Part shown: piece by piece, positions 63,441 through 64,000 of the stretch
Numbering within the stretch: the first letter of the stretch is position 1
Layout: every line of letters starts with the position of its first letter
Assembly (NCBI GenBank): GCA_965263355.1
Contig: CBDHHL010000032.1
Span: 1,504,001-1,568,000, forward strand
From: Leptolyngbyaceae cyanobacterium
GTDB lineage: Bacteria > Cyanobacteriota > Cyanobacteriia > Phormidesmidales > Phormidesmidaceae
Direction of reading: 5' to 3'
DNA: 64,000 nucleotides
The notes under the pieces: generated by a model
Databases searched by the model: none
The model's input: the letters and a program-made list of their open reading frames with translations, nothing else
What the model was told of the DNA's origin: nothing
Made by a program: the position numbers and the translations under genes

Positions 63441-64000
63441 TCAAGCCCTAAAGACTACTGATACTATTGTTCCTGTCTCCACCGCCGACTCAATCGTAAA
63501 ACTCCCCCCATGGGCTTCTACAATCCGCTTTACAATCGCCAATCCCAACCCTGTCCCCGTCGATTTTGTCGTAAAAAACGGCTTAGTCAACTTTGGTAAC
63601 ACATCCGACGGAATCGGTTTGCCACCATTGTGAATTTTCAAACACACCTGATCCGACTCTGGTTCCAAATAACAAGTCACCGCATTACCCGGTTCAATTG
63701 CCTCACAGGCATTACTCACCAGGTTGATCAACACCTGTTTTAACTTGTCCGCATCGCCCTGGATGGTTACTTGATTAGCCGAGTTCTTAAACACAATTAG
63801 TCGCTCAGCAGCAACGGGTTGTACCCTCAGAGTATCTAATACGTCAGTGGTTAGCCGAGTTCTTAAACACAATTAGTCGCTCAGCAGCAACGGGTTGTAC
63901 CCTCAGAGTATCTAATACGTCAGTGGTTAACTCAGTGAGATTTAAATTTTGTGGTTTGGCATAGAGTAAAATCTCATTGAGAAGAGACTCCAACCGCTCG
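63441..64000 (-). pseudogene. Histidine kinase C-terminus, frameshifted by a 76-bp tandem duplication; 5' part outside the window
   Basis: ERLESLLNEILLYAKP...KNSANH then stop at about 63844; HATPase (NLVSNACEA, PFFTTK, GTGLGLAI) in a shifted frame; exact copies 63775-63850 and 63851-63926. Confidence 0.85.

Overview
Cyanobacterial genomic DNA; the HIP1 octamer GCGATCGC recurs throughout and the gene content fits a filamentous Leptolyngbyaceae-like organism (inference). (1) 1-11.5 kb is an intact metabolic block: puuE allantoinase, a VOC protein, a GH10 glycoside hydrolase, a five-gene peptide/nickel-type ABC importer, an EamA transporter and a saccharopine-dehydrogenase-like reductase. (2) 11.6-26.9 kb is a decaying stress and ion-homeostasis island with rimB-rimK, corA, an RRM protein, a NarL regulator, a His-less pseudo-kinase, several small proteins, an ISAzo13 remnant and about seven deleted or truncated genes. 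It carries three copies of a paired 6-4-6 palindrome promoter and a triple 36-bp repeat. (3) 27-39.5 kb holds a VIT-vWA gene divergent from an HTH-NB-ARC gene, a PEP-CTERM gene, phoX with a nearby Pho-box-like array, mscS, two TVP38/DedA genes and arsS. (4) 40.8-57.3 kb holds two secreted RTX-type genes divergent from a six-gene cluster: sigma-70-like factor, DUF1822, CHAT-CHASE2, DUF928, haemagglutinin-like TpsA and an exported TPR-CHAT. The two divergent promoters share TTTGCATAAAA-N16-GAGT. This is the best candidate for a poorly described system, a trans-envelope CHAT-protease cascade releasing a sigma factor. (5) 57.5-64 kb holds a two-component pair, fetB, a frameshifted CAP/RTX gene, a small DMT-like protein and a kinase broken by a 76-bp tandem duplication. 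No rRNA, tRNA or CRISPR array was seen. Family assignments come from motif recognition only; no database searches were run.
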